Shown here: piece by piece, positions 1 to 9,039 of the stretch
Layout of the letters: the number at the start of each line of letters is the position of its first letter
Numbering within the stretch: position 1 is the stretch's first letter
Origin: an uncultured Candidatus Saccharibacteria bacterium
GTDB lineage: Bacteria; Patescibacteriota; CPR2_A; CG2-30-33-46; CAYZYZ01
Assembly (NCBI GenBank): GCA_964482765.1
Contig: CAYZYZ010000006.1
Span: 1 to 24,000, forward strand
Direction of reading: 5' to 3'
Length of the DNA stretch: 24,000 bases
Made by a program: the position numbers and the translations under genes
Notes under the pieces: generated by a model
The model's database searches: none
Told to the model about the DNA's origin: nothing
Seen by the model: the letters and a program-made list of their open reading frames with translations, nothing else

Positions 1-1947
1 AAAATAATACTCCAAAATCTGCTTGGCGACCGGAGCAGCAACTTGGTTCCCTTCTCCTCCTCCTTCCACTATCACCGCCAAAGCTATCTCGGGATTATTG
101 AAGGGTGCAAAAGTGATAAACCAGGCGTGCTGTTTAGAATTATTTGGCCCATACTGGGCAGTCCCGGTCTTGGCGGCAGCTTCCACCGACAAAGAACTCA
201 AAAGTCGGCCAGTCCCAGAGGTTACTGCTACTCTCATCCCCTGCCGCACGGTGTTTATGTGATTTGGATTTATAAATCCTTGCCTTACAATCTCGGGGCT
301 AAACTGCTTTACAACCTTTCCTTCATTGTTGGTTACTGCCGTCACTATTCTCGGCTTGTAGAAAATTCCGCCGCTGGCTATTGTTGCGGTCCAGGAGGCG
401 GCCTGAAGAGGAGTAACTAAAAGGTCTCCCTGCCCAATTGAGAGGTGATAATTGTCAGCTGTATACCAGCTTTCTCCCTTCACCTTCTTTTTCCAATCAG
501 GGGTCGGCACCAATCCCTCATCTTCACTGGGAAGATCTATACCGGTCTTGGAACCCAAACCAAAAAGTCGCAAATAATTTTCCAAGCGAGTAGCTCCCAA
601 GCCTTTAAATTTTTCAAAACCCCCGCCAACCTGATAAAAGAAAGTATCAGCGGATTCTGCAATTGCTCCGATCACATTTAAGTTTCCATGACCAGAAGCT
701 TTCCAGTCTTTAAAAACATATTCTATTGAAAGATTATATTGATTTTTAACGACAATCTGGCCGGGAGCAGAAATAGTCGTCGAGGGCGTGATAACTCCTT
801 CCTGCAAACCGCCTGAAGCTATGACTGGCTTTATTATCGATCCAGGCGGATAGGTACCGGAGATCGCCCTGTTAAAGAGAGGTTTTAGAGGATTTTCAGA
901 CAGTGCTTTATACTCCTCTGGCTTGACTCCTTTTACAAAAATGTTGTTGTCGTATGACGGAAGACTAACCATACCTAGAATGTTGCCGTTTTGAGGATTT
1001 ATGGCAACTGCCGAACCCGCTTTTCCAGGAGATGAATTTATAGCATTTCGTAAAGCGTCAACCATTTCTCTTTCCAAGTCAACATTCAAAGAAGTAACTA
1101 TATTGCTGCCGGCTTTGGGCTCAGACTGTTCCTCGCTGCCCAAAATGCGCCTTACTTTACCTTCAGCATCAACCTCAACCATTCGTTTGCCGTTCTGACC
1201 TTTCAGGTACTGCTCGTAACTCGACTCCAATCCGTTCATGCCAGCATAATCGTTAATGTCGTAAAAAGAGCGGTTCTTCTCATACTCTTCTTTGGAAACC
1301 CTGCCAATGTATCCCAAAACATGGCTCAGATTTGGATCCAAATACTCTCTGGTTGGCGAAGCATCGACCGAAACTGCCGAGAAGTCTTTATATTTTACTT
1401 TAATTTTTAGAGCTTGGGCTTGGTCTAGATTTTCTTTAATGACTTTTGGGTCTAGGGAGCCAGATTTCTCTTGAGAGGAGACAATCTTTTCAAGCTCTTC
1501 TTTAGGAATCTCTAAATCAGTTGCCAATGAGTTTATAATCTCTGCTCTTTCCCCTTTGTCTTTGGGCAGATCAAAGGGTTCTAAAATAACCTGAAAATTG
1601 GCAATGTTTTTGACAAAAGGATTGCCTTTGCTGTCAAAAATCAAACCTCGGGGAGCTCTCACAATCTGAAACCTAATGCGGTTCCCTTTTGATAGATCAA
1701 AGAAATAACCCCCGCGAAAAAGCTGAAGATCCGAAAGCTTAAAAAGGAGAATCGCCACCACAGCCAGACATATAAAGTACAAATAACGGTAAGAAATTTT
1801 TTGCCTGCTCTCTTCTTCTTCTGGCACATCACTACCAAAAACGGCAACACTGTCCAAAAGCTCACCCTTTTTAACACGGCTTACTCTCATCTCTTTGTTA
1901 CCAACCTTGGTATCAAAGTAATTTGTGAATAATCTTTTTTTATTCAT
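1..1947 (-). CDS. mrdA: Penicillin-binding protein 2 type transpeptidase of the elongasome; 3' end cut by the window edge
   Basis: Absent from the ORF track because no stop lies in the window. My translation from ATG 1947 gives MNKKRLFTNYF..., a TM helix YLYFICLAVVAILLF and NRIRFQIVRAPRGLIFD. SxxK motif = SIIK (829-840). KTGTA motif starts at 171-163. The C-terminal-like AAPVAKQILEYYF lies at 1-60. All checked points share one frame. Sits directly downstream of mreD. Confidence 0.85.
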   Translation of the reverse strand, partial: MNKKRLFTNYFDTKVGNKEMRVSRVKKGELLDSVAVFGSDVPEEEESRQKISYRYLYFICLAVVAILLFKLSDLQLFRGGYFFDLSKGNRIRFQIVRAPRGLIFDSKGNPFVKNIANFQVILEPFDLPKDKGERAEIINSLATDLEIPKEELEKIVSSQEKSGSLDPKVIKENLDQAQALKIKVKYKDFSAVSVDASPTREYLDPNLSHVLGYIGRVSKEEYEKNRSFYDINDYAGMNGLESSYEQYLKGQNGKRMVEVDAEGKVRRILGSEEQSEPKAGSNIVTSLNVDLEREMVDALRNAINSSPGKAGSAVAINPQNGNILGMVSLPSYDNNIFVKGVKPEEYKALSENPLKPLFNRAISGTYPPGSIIKPVIASGGLQEGVITPSTTISAPGQIVVKNQYNLSIEYVFKDWKASGHGNLNVIGAIAESADTFFYQVGGGFEKFKGLGATRLENYLRLFGLGSKTGIDLPSEDEGLVPTPDWKKKVKGESWYTADNYHLSIGQGDLLVTPLQAASWTATIASGGIFYKPRIVTAVTNNEGKVVKQFSPEIVRQGFINPNHINTVRQGMRVAVTSGTGRLLSSLSVEAAAKTGTAQYGPNNSKQHAWFITFAPFNNPEIALAVIVEGGGEGNQVAAPVAKQILEYYF

Positions 1948-1952
1948 TTATA

Positions 1953-2468
1953 TTATCTTAGGAATCTAGCTCTGCTCTCCATTTTTAAAAGTCTGTCCCA
2001 GAGCGAAGAAAGAAAAGCATAGAATACCAAAGCAAAAATAGTGTTTACAATTATTTTTGAAGCAATAAAGTGTTTTAGAAAAAAAATGATATCCACCTTC
2101 AATCCAGAAACAGTCAGCGCACCGGCATAAAGCATATCAAAAGCAAGGGTAGAGGAAGCTGCCAGGATGGCAAGCAAAACAAAGTTAAAACTAGAAAAAA
2201 CATAGTACGAAGCCAGCATCACGAAGAAAATGATTAAAAGTATCGCCATCGTCTCCAATCCAAAAATAGAAGGAGCAAACAGGTCTAAAAACAAGGCGCC
2301 AAGCAATGTTATTAGCATCAAATCTTCTTCGGGAATAATAAACGAAGAAGCAATAATAAACATCAAAAAAACATTCGGCGTTACCCCAAAGATTTTTATA
2401 TTGGAAAAAAAGGCAACCTCCAAAAGTAGAGACAAAACAGCGACAACTATTATTAAAAATCTCCTCAT
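1953..2468 (-). CDS. mreD: Rod shape-determining protein MreD (polytopic membrane protein)
   Basis: 171-aa very hydrophobic ORF. Overlaps the mreC stop by 4 nt and precedes PBP2. Called from position and composition, not from a strong motif. Confidence 0.6.
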   Translation of the reverse strand: MRRFLIIVVAVLSLLLEVAFFSNIKIFGVTPNVFLMFIIASSFIIPEEDLMLITLLGALFLDLFAPSIFGLETMAILLIIFFVMLASYYVFSSFNFVLLAILAASSTLAFDMLYAGALTVSGLKVDIIFFLKHFIASKIIVNTIFALVFYAFLSSLWDRLLKMESRARFLR

Positions 2469-3274
2469 TTTACTCCCAAAATAACCACAACATTTCTCGC
2501 TTCATCGAAATTAACAAAGGGAAGTACAGAAGCTTTCAAAAACAAACCATTGCTCTCTACACTGATATCCGTAATTTTTCCTATAAGAAGATTTTCGGGA
2601 ACTTCGTTTTCTAAATTTGAAGTTACGACCGTATCGCCGTTTTTTACAAGCTTCTCTTTACTAATTTCCTCCATCACTGCTCCAGAGCCTATCTGTCCCT
2701 TCACCAAACCCAAGGCGCTGCTCTCCTGAACCATTCCACTTATCTGGAAATTAGAATCCATTAACAACACGACTTTTGAAGTATCAGAGTTTACCTCTTG
2801 GATTCTTCCTAAAAGAAATCCACCAGAGACAACCGCCAAATTTTTCTTTATGCCGTCTTTGGAGCCTTTATCAATTACAATGATTTTTAAAAAATTCGAG
2901 GGTTCTTTGGCGATCACTCGGGCGGCAACAGTTTGGAAATTTGTTGAATTAATAAACCCTAGCTGTTTCTTTAAGGATTCATTCTCAATTTTGAGCTCAC
3001 TCAATCTGCTAACTTCAAAAGTCAACTCCTCAACTTTTTTCTTTAACTCCTTATTCTCTTTCTGAAGACTACCCAATTCAGCTATTGAGCTTCCAATATC
3101 TTTTAGCTTTAAAGAGGCATTATTAAAGACGGAAACGAACGGGGTAGAGATTTTGGAGAGTACTCCTTCGACAGGTGAAAGGTAACCTAGAAAAGAGAAA
3201 ATAAAAATCAGAATTGATACCAAAAACAGTACAAAAAAATATTTAACAAATTTGAGAGATTTCTGCTGAAGCAT
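2465..3274 (-). CDS. mreC: Rod shape-determining protein MreC
   Basis: 269 aa with an N-terminal TM helix, the coiled-coil segment ENKELKKKVEELTFEVSRLSELKIENESLKKQL, then a beta-rich domain. Located between mreB and mreD. Confidence 0.8.
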   Translation of the reverse strand: MLQQKSLKFVKYFFVLFLVSILIFIFSFLGYLSPVEGVLSKISTPFVSVFNNASLKLKDIGSSIAELGSLQKENKELKKKVEELTFEVSRLSELKIENESLKKQLGFINSTNFQTVAARVIAKEPSNFLKIIVIDKGSKDGIKKNLAVVSGGFLLGRIQEVNSDTSKVVLLMDSNFQISGMVQESSALGLVKGQIGSGAVMEEISKEKLVKNGDTVVTSNLENEVPENLLIGKITDISVESNGLFLKASVLPFVNFDEARNVVVILGVK

Positions 3275-3280
3275 GTTTCA

Positions 3281-3315
3281 AATTAAAAATTAAAAATGTA
3301 AAATTAAAAATTTTG
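3281..3315. repeat. Period-7 tandem array AATTAAA x5 (degenerate)
   Basis: Read as AATTAAA AATTAAA AATGTAA AATTAAA AATTTTG, immediately upstream of the mreC start (3274). Confidence 0.8.
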
Positions 3316-3364
3316 GTAATTCGCTTCGCCGCGTCCGACGTGGCTTCGCGAATTTCTATTTTTT

Positions 3365-3399
3365 ACTGTTATCTGTTAACTGTTATCTGTTTGCTGGTC
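3365..3399. repeat. Period-7 tandem array NCTGTTA x5 (CTGTT heptad family, copy 1)
   Basis: Read as ACTGTTA TCTGTTA ACTGTTA TCTGTTT GCTGGTC. Runs into the mreB stop codon. Confidence 0.8.
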
Positions 3400-4454
3400 T
3401 ATATTTTCGGTGGTTTTTCGTATTGAGTCTGCACCAACACATCTTTTAAGGATTCCAAGTCTTCTAAAACTAAACCGGTTCCTCTAACAACGCTGGTTAG
3501 AGGATCATCGGCAATATAAACTGGTATCTTTGTTTGCTCTTTTACGAGTTTATCAAACCCTCTTAGAAGCGCTCCACCTCCTGCCAGAATTATACCTTTA
3601 TCCATAATGTCGGCTACTAGCTCCGGCGGAGTATCCTCGACAGTTGTCTTAATTGTATCAACAATTATCTGTACTGACCTTGAGAGTGCCTTTCTAATCT
3701 GGTCGTCGGAAATCATCACTGTCTTTGGCAGTCCGGTTACTAAGTCTCTACCTCTCATCGGAAGCTCTAGTTTCTCTTTTAGAGGATAGGCTGAGCCTAT
3801 CTTAACCTTTATCTCCTCGGCTGTCCTCTCACCCAAAAGCAAGTTAAACTCGTCCCGGGCAAACTGGATTATGTCCTCATTGAGCTCATCCCCGGCAACT
3901 CTGATGGATCGGTTGGAAACCACACCTCCTAAAGAAATAACCGCTACCTCAGTGGTGCCTCCGCCGATATCCACTATCATATTTCCTGAAGCATCTTGGA
4001 TATTAAGGCGGGCGCCAATAGCAGCAGCCATCGGCTCCTCAATCAGAAAAGCTATCCTGGCCCCGGCAGAAGTTGTAGCATCTTCAACAGCTCTTTTCTC
4101 AACCTCGGTAACACCAGAGGGAATGCCTATGACAATCCTGGGACGAGGAAAGAAAGCAAACGACTCTTTGTGGACTTTTTCTATAAAATAACGGAGCATT
4201 TGTTCGGTTACTTCAAAATCTGAGACTACCCCATCAACTAGAGGCCTGGTGGCGACAATGTTTGCCGGAGTTCTGCCGACCATCTTCTTGGCATCTTCAC
4301 CTATGGCTAAAATCTGCTGAGTTTTGGTATTGATGGCAACCACTGAAGGCTCATTAACAACAATACCCTTGCCTTTAACATAAACTAAGGTATTGGCGGT
4401 TCCTAAATCTATTCCTATGTCATGGGAAAAGTATCCCAATAGCCTGTTTATCAT
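3399..4454 (-). CDS. mreB: Actin-like rod shape protein MreB
   Basis: 351 aa with DIGIDLGTANTLVYV and DIGGGTTEVAVISLGG phosphate-binding motifs. GGAG lies 9 nt upstream of the ATG. Confidence 0.95.
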   Translation of the reverse strand: MINRLLGYFSHDIGIDLGTANTLVYVKGKGIVVNEPSVVAINTKTQQILAIGEDAKKMVGRTPANIVATRPLVDGVVSDFEVTEQMLRYFIEKVHKESFAFFPRPRIVIGIPSGVTEVEKRAVEDATTSAGARIAFLIEEPMAAAIGARLNIQDASGNMIVDIGGGTTEVAVISLGGVVSNRSIRVAGDELNEDIIQFARDEFNLLLGERTAEEIKVKIGSAYPLKEKLELPMRGRDLVTGLPKTVMISDDQIRKALSRSVQIIVDTIKTTVEDTPPELVADIMDKGIILAGGGALLRGFDKLVKEQTKIPVYIADDPLTSVVRGTGLVLEDLESLKDVLVQTQYEKPPKI

Positions 4455-4476
4455 AAATTGCTCTCCAAGAAAGGAA

Positions 4477-4505
4477 ATTATAAACTACCAGGCTGGGAAA
4501 AACAA
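4477..4505 (-). promoter_or_regulatory. Candidate sigma70-type promoter for mreB
   Basis: On the minus strand: TTGTTT (4505-4500), 17-nt spacer, TATAAT (4482-4477), about 22 nt upstream of the mreB ATG. Confidence 0.4.
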
Positions 4506-4524
4506 CCCTATTTTTTGAAATTTA

Positions 4525-4618
4525 CCCCGTTAGCCCCGTTAGATAGAAAGAAACATCTAACAGCGTTAGGTAGAGAAAAAATCTAACGGGGTTAGATGAA
4601 ACTATCTAACGGGGTTAG
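4525..4618. repeat. Modular inverted-repeat element built from CCCCGTTAG(AT) units (copy 1)
   Basis: Two forward units (4525-4533, 4534-4544). Three inverted units ATCTAAC-N3-GTTAG (4555-4569, 4581-4595, 4604-4618). The last unit contains the proS stop codon. Confidence 0.8.
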
Positions 4619-6048
4619 TAAGCTTTTGCTAAATAAACCATTACATCTGCTTCTTTTCCGCAGTAAATACACTTTTCGCCTTTTTTGGGTTTCTCGCTTT
4701 CAAATGGTATAACTCGAGTGGTTGCTTTTGTCTCTTCCTTTATTTTAAGCTCGCACTTAGAATTTTGGCACCAAGGAACGAGGTAAAATCCTTTCTTCTC
4801 CTCGACATCCTTTTTGAATTGTTTGAAATCTTTTACTTGGTAAGTATTTCTTTCTTTAAACTCTAAAGCTTTTTTGTAGAGGTTTTTTTGGATATCTTTG
4901 AGCGTTTCAGCAATATTCAAATCCTTAGTTTTCATAAACTCCCGTTTATTCTTATCACGTCTTACCAAGGAAACTTGATTTTTGGAAACATCTTTAGGGC
5001 CTATTTCAATTCTTATAGGTACTCCTTTAATCTCCCATTCATTAAATTTCCATCCAGGGGTTACATTTTCCCTTAAATCGATTTCTAGCCTTGCCCCTTT
5101 AATCTTTGACAAAACCTCTTTTATGCTTTTTAAGACTTCTACTTTTTCTTTTTCATTTTTGTAGATAGGAATAATAACGACCTGAACTGGCGCTACGTAG
5201 GGTGGCAGAACCAGACCCTTGTCGTCGCCGTGCATCAAAATTAAAGCTCCGATAATCCTTGTTGTTAATCCCCAACTAGTCTGCCAGACATATTTTCTTT
5301 TGCCATCCCTGTCTTCAAACTGAATATTGAATGGTTTGGAGAAATTCTGTCCCAAATTATGGGAAGTGGAAAGCTGTAATGCTTTGCCGTCTTTTAAAAG
5401 AGTCTCGCAGGCTGTTGTATACAAAGCTCCGGCAAATTTTTCGAGCTCTGATTTCTTGCCATAAAATACTGGTGTTGCCAAAATTTCTTCAAAGAATTTC
5501 TTATAATTTTCTAGCCTTTCTCTTGTTTCTTTATCAGCCTCCTCTTTAGTTGCAAAAACCGTGTGGCCCTCCTGCCATAAAAATTCTGTAGTTCTTATAA
5601 ATAATTTCGTCCTCAGTTCCCACCGCACCACATTGCACCACTGATTCACTTTAAAGGGTAAATCTCTCCAAGAGTTTATCCATCTAGAAAAGGCATCATA
5701 CATTATAGTTTCAGAAGTGGGACGAACAACCACCGGCTCTTTTAGTTCTTCTCCGCCGGCATAAGTTACCACTGCCAATTCAGGCGAAAATCCTTCCACG
5801 TGCTCTTTTTCTTTCTTTAGAAAACTCTCGGGAATAAAAAGAGGGAAATAAGCATTGGGAACGCCGGTTTTTTTGATCTGGGAATCAAAAATTCTCTGGA
5901 TATTCTCCCAGATCGCATACCCATAGGGTTTGATGACCATAGTGCCTTTTACTGGTCCGTAATCAGCTAAATCCGCTAGGCGTATAACATCATTGTACCA
6001 AGCAGAAAAATCTTTTTTTTGACTGGTAATTTTGCTTTTTTGAGCCAT
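4615..6048 (-). CDS. proS: Prolyl-tRNA synthetase, archaeal/eukaryote-like type
   Basis: 477 aa. N-terminus FSAWYNDVIRLADLADYGPVKGTMVIKPYGYAIWE, class II core, anticodon-binding domain, and a C-terminal Cys-containing domain ending in Tyr. Confidence 0.92.
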   Translation of the reverse strand: MAQKSKITSQKKDFSAWYNDVIRLADLADYGPVKGTMVIKPYGYAIWENIQRIFDSQIKKTGVPNAYFPLFIPESFLKKEKEHVEGFSPELAVVTYAGGEELKEPVVVRPTSETIMYDAFSRWINSWRDLPFKVNQWCNVVRWELRTKLFIRTTEFLWQEGHTVFATKEEADKETRERLENYKKFFEEILATPVFYGKKSELEKFAGALYTTACETLLKDGKALQLSTSHNLGQNFSKPFNIQFEDRDGKRKYVWQTSWGLTTRIIGALILMHGDDKGLVLPPYVAPVQVVIIPIYKNEKEKVEVLKSIKEVLSKIKGARLEIDLRENVTPGWKFNEWEIKGVPIRIEIGPKDVSKNQVSLVRRDKNKREFMKTKDLNIAETLKDIQKNLYKKALEFKERNTYQVKDFKQFKKDVEEKKGFYLVPWCQNSKCELKIKEETKATTRVIPFESEKPKKGEKCIYCGKEADVMVYLAKAY

Positions 6049-6060
6049 AATTTTACCTTC

Positions 6061-7170
6061 TTAAAACCCAAATAATTTCTTTAGGGAATCTATAACGCCA
6101 AATCGGCTTAAATCCTTGGTGGTAATAACAATCACTAAAGCTATAAGAAAAACAAATCCAACTATAGTTAAGATATTCTTCAATTTTAAGCTTAATTCTT
6201 TGCCTCTTGTTTTTTCAATTAAAATCAAAAATAGATGACCGCCGTCTAAAGCAGGAATTGGCATGATATTTAAAAGCGCCAAGCTGATTGAAAGAATAGC
6301 TATAAATTGCAGAAGAAAAGAAAACCCTAACTGCCTAACTTGATTTGTAAGAACCGCTATTCCTACCGGACCAACTGCCTCTTCACCTAGCTTAAAAGTA
6401 AAAATTTTCCCAAAGAACTGAAAGAGTCCCACTATTGTCATTCCTGCCAGCCTGAAGGACTCAGCCAATCCGGCAACCGGAGCCAAAAGAATATCGTCTG
6501 CCTGAACTTTTTTGTCAACCGCAACACCTATCCTTCCAAACTCTTTACCTTCAACTTTACCCTTAAATGGAATCACGGTAAATTCTTTTATTGCTTGTTC
6601 CCTTTTTATTTTTATTTTTACCTCCTGGCCGATTTTTCCTCTTACGCCCTCTACAAATTCATCAGCATTTTTTATTTTCTTGCCATTTATTTCCAAAACT
6701 TCATCTTTAGCCAAGATGCCTTTTTCAGCCGCTGGTGTGCCTTTTTCTACTTCGGCTATGTAAGTGTGTTCTTTCACACCTAGGTGATTCTCGGTCCCGG
6801 GAATCAAGGAATGAAAACCTACTATGTAGAGTGAGGAGAAAATGAACCACGCCAGAACCATATTCATAACCACGCCAGCGGAAATTATTTTGGCTTTGGT
6901 AAGATTAGATTGAACCGACAGGCTTCGAGGATTATCTTTTTGTGAACCATCCTCTCCTAATAGTTTAACGAAACCTCCAAAAGGTATCGCATTTATAGAA
7001 TAAACTGTCTCCCCTATCTTTTTTTTATAGATAGCTGGCGGAAAACCAAAACCAAACTCCAAAACGCCGACTTTGGAAATTTTGGCAACAATAAAATGGC
7101 CAAACTCATGGACAAGAACGAGTAGACCAAAAACAAAGAGAAAAGAAACTATAAATAAAATTATTTCCAT
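6061..7170 (-). CDS. rseP: Site-2 (RIP) zinc metalloprotease RseP with PDZ domain
   Basis: HEFGH near the N-terminus, a central PDZ-like segment, and NIMPIPALDGG near the C-terminus. Multiple TM helices. Confidence 0.9.
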   Translation of the reverse strand: MEIILFIVSFLFVFGLLVLVHEFGHFIVAKISKVGVLEFGFGFPPAIYKKKIGETVYSINAIPFGGFVKLLGEDGSQKDNPRSLSVQSNLTKAKIISAGVVMNMVLAWFIFSSLYIVGFHSLIPGTENHLGVKEHTYIAEVEKGTPAAEKGILAKDEVLEINGKKIKNADEFVEGVRGKIGQEVKIKIKREQAIKEFTVIPFKGKVEGKEFGRIGVAVDKKVQADDILLAPVAGLAESFRLAGMTIVGLFQFFGKIFTFKLGEEAVGPVGIAVLTNQVRQLGFSFLLQFIAILSISLALLNIMPIPALDGGHLFLILIEKTRGKELSLKLKNILTIVGFVFLIALVIVITTKDLSRFGVIDSLKKLFGF

Positions 7171-7224
7171 AAATTACCTAAAATATTTGCGTTAATTAGT
7201 GTGTTAATCTGCGAATATTCGTGA

Positions 7225-8337
7225 TCAGAATTCCCTCTCAATCATAAAATCTGCCCATGCCTTTAAAAGATCTTTATAAGGAGAATCCGGAATTACCTTA
7301 AGATATTTTTTTGCTTTCTTGATATAGCTTAGGGCTAATTCTTCCGTTTCCTTTATTCCATTAAGATATGTTAAAAGATTAATGGCTTGTTTTATTTCGT
7401 CTCTCGTTGCTTTTTTATTACCGATTAAATTTATAATCTTTTGCTTTTCTTCCGGGCTGGCGTTTCTGTAAGCATACCAGACGACAGTTGTTCTTTTACC
7501 TTCCCTTATATCGGAACCTATTGGTTTGCCGAGCTTTTTTTCTTCTGAAACGAGCCCTAAAATGTCATCCTGAAGCTGAAAAGCCACCCCGCAGTTAAAA
7601 CAGAACTCTGAAAGCGCCTTAACTAGAGAATGAACTTCGTCTGCTTTTCTTAACCCTATCATAGCTCCCATTTTTGCCGAGTAACTGTAGAGTTCGCCGG
7701 TCTTTTTAGCAGACATATCAATTATGTCTTCTTTTTTAAGCTCCTTTATCTCTTTTTTCTCATATTGAATGTCCAAAGTTTCGCCCTCGATTAAAAGAGG
7801 AAGGACTGTTTTTTCCAATCCATCAATTAGCTTTAGAACAATGAGAGGATCGAAGTTATATTTAGAATACAAATCCGTAAAAAGAGAAATAGACCAGGCG
7901 TGTTGCACATCTCCCACCAAAATGGCAATGTTTTTACCATAATCTTCGGCTTCCTTATCAGAATATCCTCTTTTCTTGGCTTCTTTGTAAAATTGCTTAT
8001 GGACTGTGGGTTTGCCCCTTCTTAAATCGTCATTATCGATGATGTCATCATGAACAAGAGTCCAGGTGTGATACATTTCTACAGCCGCTGCTGCTGGTAT
8101 TGCTTGTTTTTCGTCTCCGCCTGTAGCACCGCAAGAAAATAGCAAAATCGAGGGGCGCAAAGCCTTACCCATTGAAGAAGGGTAACTGTAAGCGCCTTCG
8201 AATATATCTTTAGGTTTAAATAAGTCTCTGAAATAGTGATTTAAAAGATAATTCTTAACCAGCTCTCCTCTTCGGGAAAGCTCTTTTAGAAATTTTTCTT
8301 TATAAATTTCTTTAATTTTTAAATTTTGAATTGTCAT
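7225..8337 (-). CDS. trans-Polyprenyl diphosphate synthase (FPP/GGPP synthase family)
   Basis: First Asp-rich motif HDDIIDNDDLRRGKPT; second motif FQLQDDILG; GKxxGxD-like KLGKPIGSDIREGKRT. Confidence 0.85.
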   Translation of the reverse strand: MTIQNLKIKEIYKEKFLKELSRRGELVKNYLLNHYFRDLFKPKDIFEGAYSYPSSMGKALRPSILLFSCGATGGDEKQAIPAAAAVEMYHTWTLVHDDIIDNDDLRRGKPTVHKQFYKEAKKRGYSDKEAEDYGKNIAILVGDVQHAWSISLFTDLYSKYNFDPLIVLKLIDGLEKTVLPLLIEGETLDIQYEKKEIKELKKEDIIDMSAKKTGELYSYSAKMGAMIGLRKADEVHSLVKALSEFCFNCGVAFQLQDDILGLVSEEKKLGKPIGSDIREGKRTTVVWYAYRNASPEEKQKIINLIGNKKATRDEIKQAINLLTYLNGIKETEELALSYIKKAKKYLKVIPDSPYKDLLKAWADFMIEREF

Positions 8338-8371
8338 TTTGACTTTTGATTTTTGAATTTTGAATTATTAT
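8324..8371. repeat. Period-7 tandem array TTTTGAN filling the uppS to polyprenyl-synthase spacer
   Basis: Read as TTTTGAA TTGTCAT TTTTGAC TTTTGAT TTTTGAA TTTTGAA TTATTAT. Spans the entire 33-nt spacer and runs into the first codons of 7225..8337. Confidence 0.8.
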
Positions 8372-9039
8372 TATCTGCCAAACCTTCTCTCCCTCTTATT
8401 ATAATCCAAAATCGCTTTCTTTAAATCCTCTTCTTTAAAGTCGGGCCATAAAGTTTTTGTAAAATAAAGCTCCGAATATGCTGATTGCCAAAGCAAAAAG
8501 TTAGAAAGCCTCCAAACCCCGCCAGTTCTGATGACCAAATCCGGATCGGGAACATCATAAGTATAAAGATTTTGGGAAATATTCTTTTCCGAGACGGGTT
8601 TTGATTTCTTTGCCGCTTCCACAATTTCAGCTCTTCCGCCGTAATTTAAAGCTACAATTAGATTTAAGCCAGCATTTTCTTTAAGGATTTCTTCCGAATC
8701 TTCGACTTTTTTTTGTAAGGACTTGGGCAACTCTCTTAAATTGCCGATGAATTTTATTTTAACATTATTATCATTTAATTCAGGTACCTCTTCTTCCAAA
8801 GCTCTCTCAAGAATCTTAAAAAGAATCTTGACTTCTATTTTTGCCCGTAATCTGTTCTCGGTTGAAAAAGCAAACACTGTAAGATATTTAACTCCTATCT
8901 TTCCTGCATATCTTACAACTCTTTTTAATGCTTTAACCCCCTCTCTATGTCCTGCCGATATCGAAAATTTTCTCTTCTTTGCCCATCTTCGATTTCCGTC
9001 CATTATTATAGCTATGTGTTTAGGAACTCTTTTAAGCAT
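8371..9039 (-). CDS. uppS: Undecaprenyl diphosphate synthase (cis-prenyltransferase)
   Basis: HIAIIMDGNRRWAKKR, FAFSTENRLR and IRTGGVWRLSNFLLWQSAYSELYF. Its start overlaps the ispH stop by 8 nt. Confidence 0.93.
   Translation of the reverse strand: MLKRVPKHIAIIMDGNRRWAKKRKFSISAGHREGVKALKRVVRYAGKIGVKYLTVFAFSTENRLRAKIEVKILFKILERALEEEVPELNDNNVKIKFIGNLRELPKSLQKKVEDSEEILKENAGLNLIVALNYGGRAEIVEAAKKSKPVSEKNISQNLYTYDVPDPDLVIRTGGVWRLSNFLLWQSAYSELYFTKTLWPDFKEEDLKKAILDYNKRERRFGR

Noticed and set aside
23-1474. Plus-strand track ORFs 23..262, 43..420, 445..681, 1001..1198, 1292..1474, and minus-strand ORF 1659..1877.
   Set aside because: All lie inside the long PBP2 frame, antisense or out of frame. PBP2 shows SxxK, KTG and a typical C-terminus. 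These ORFs have no motifs or SDs.
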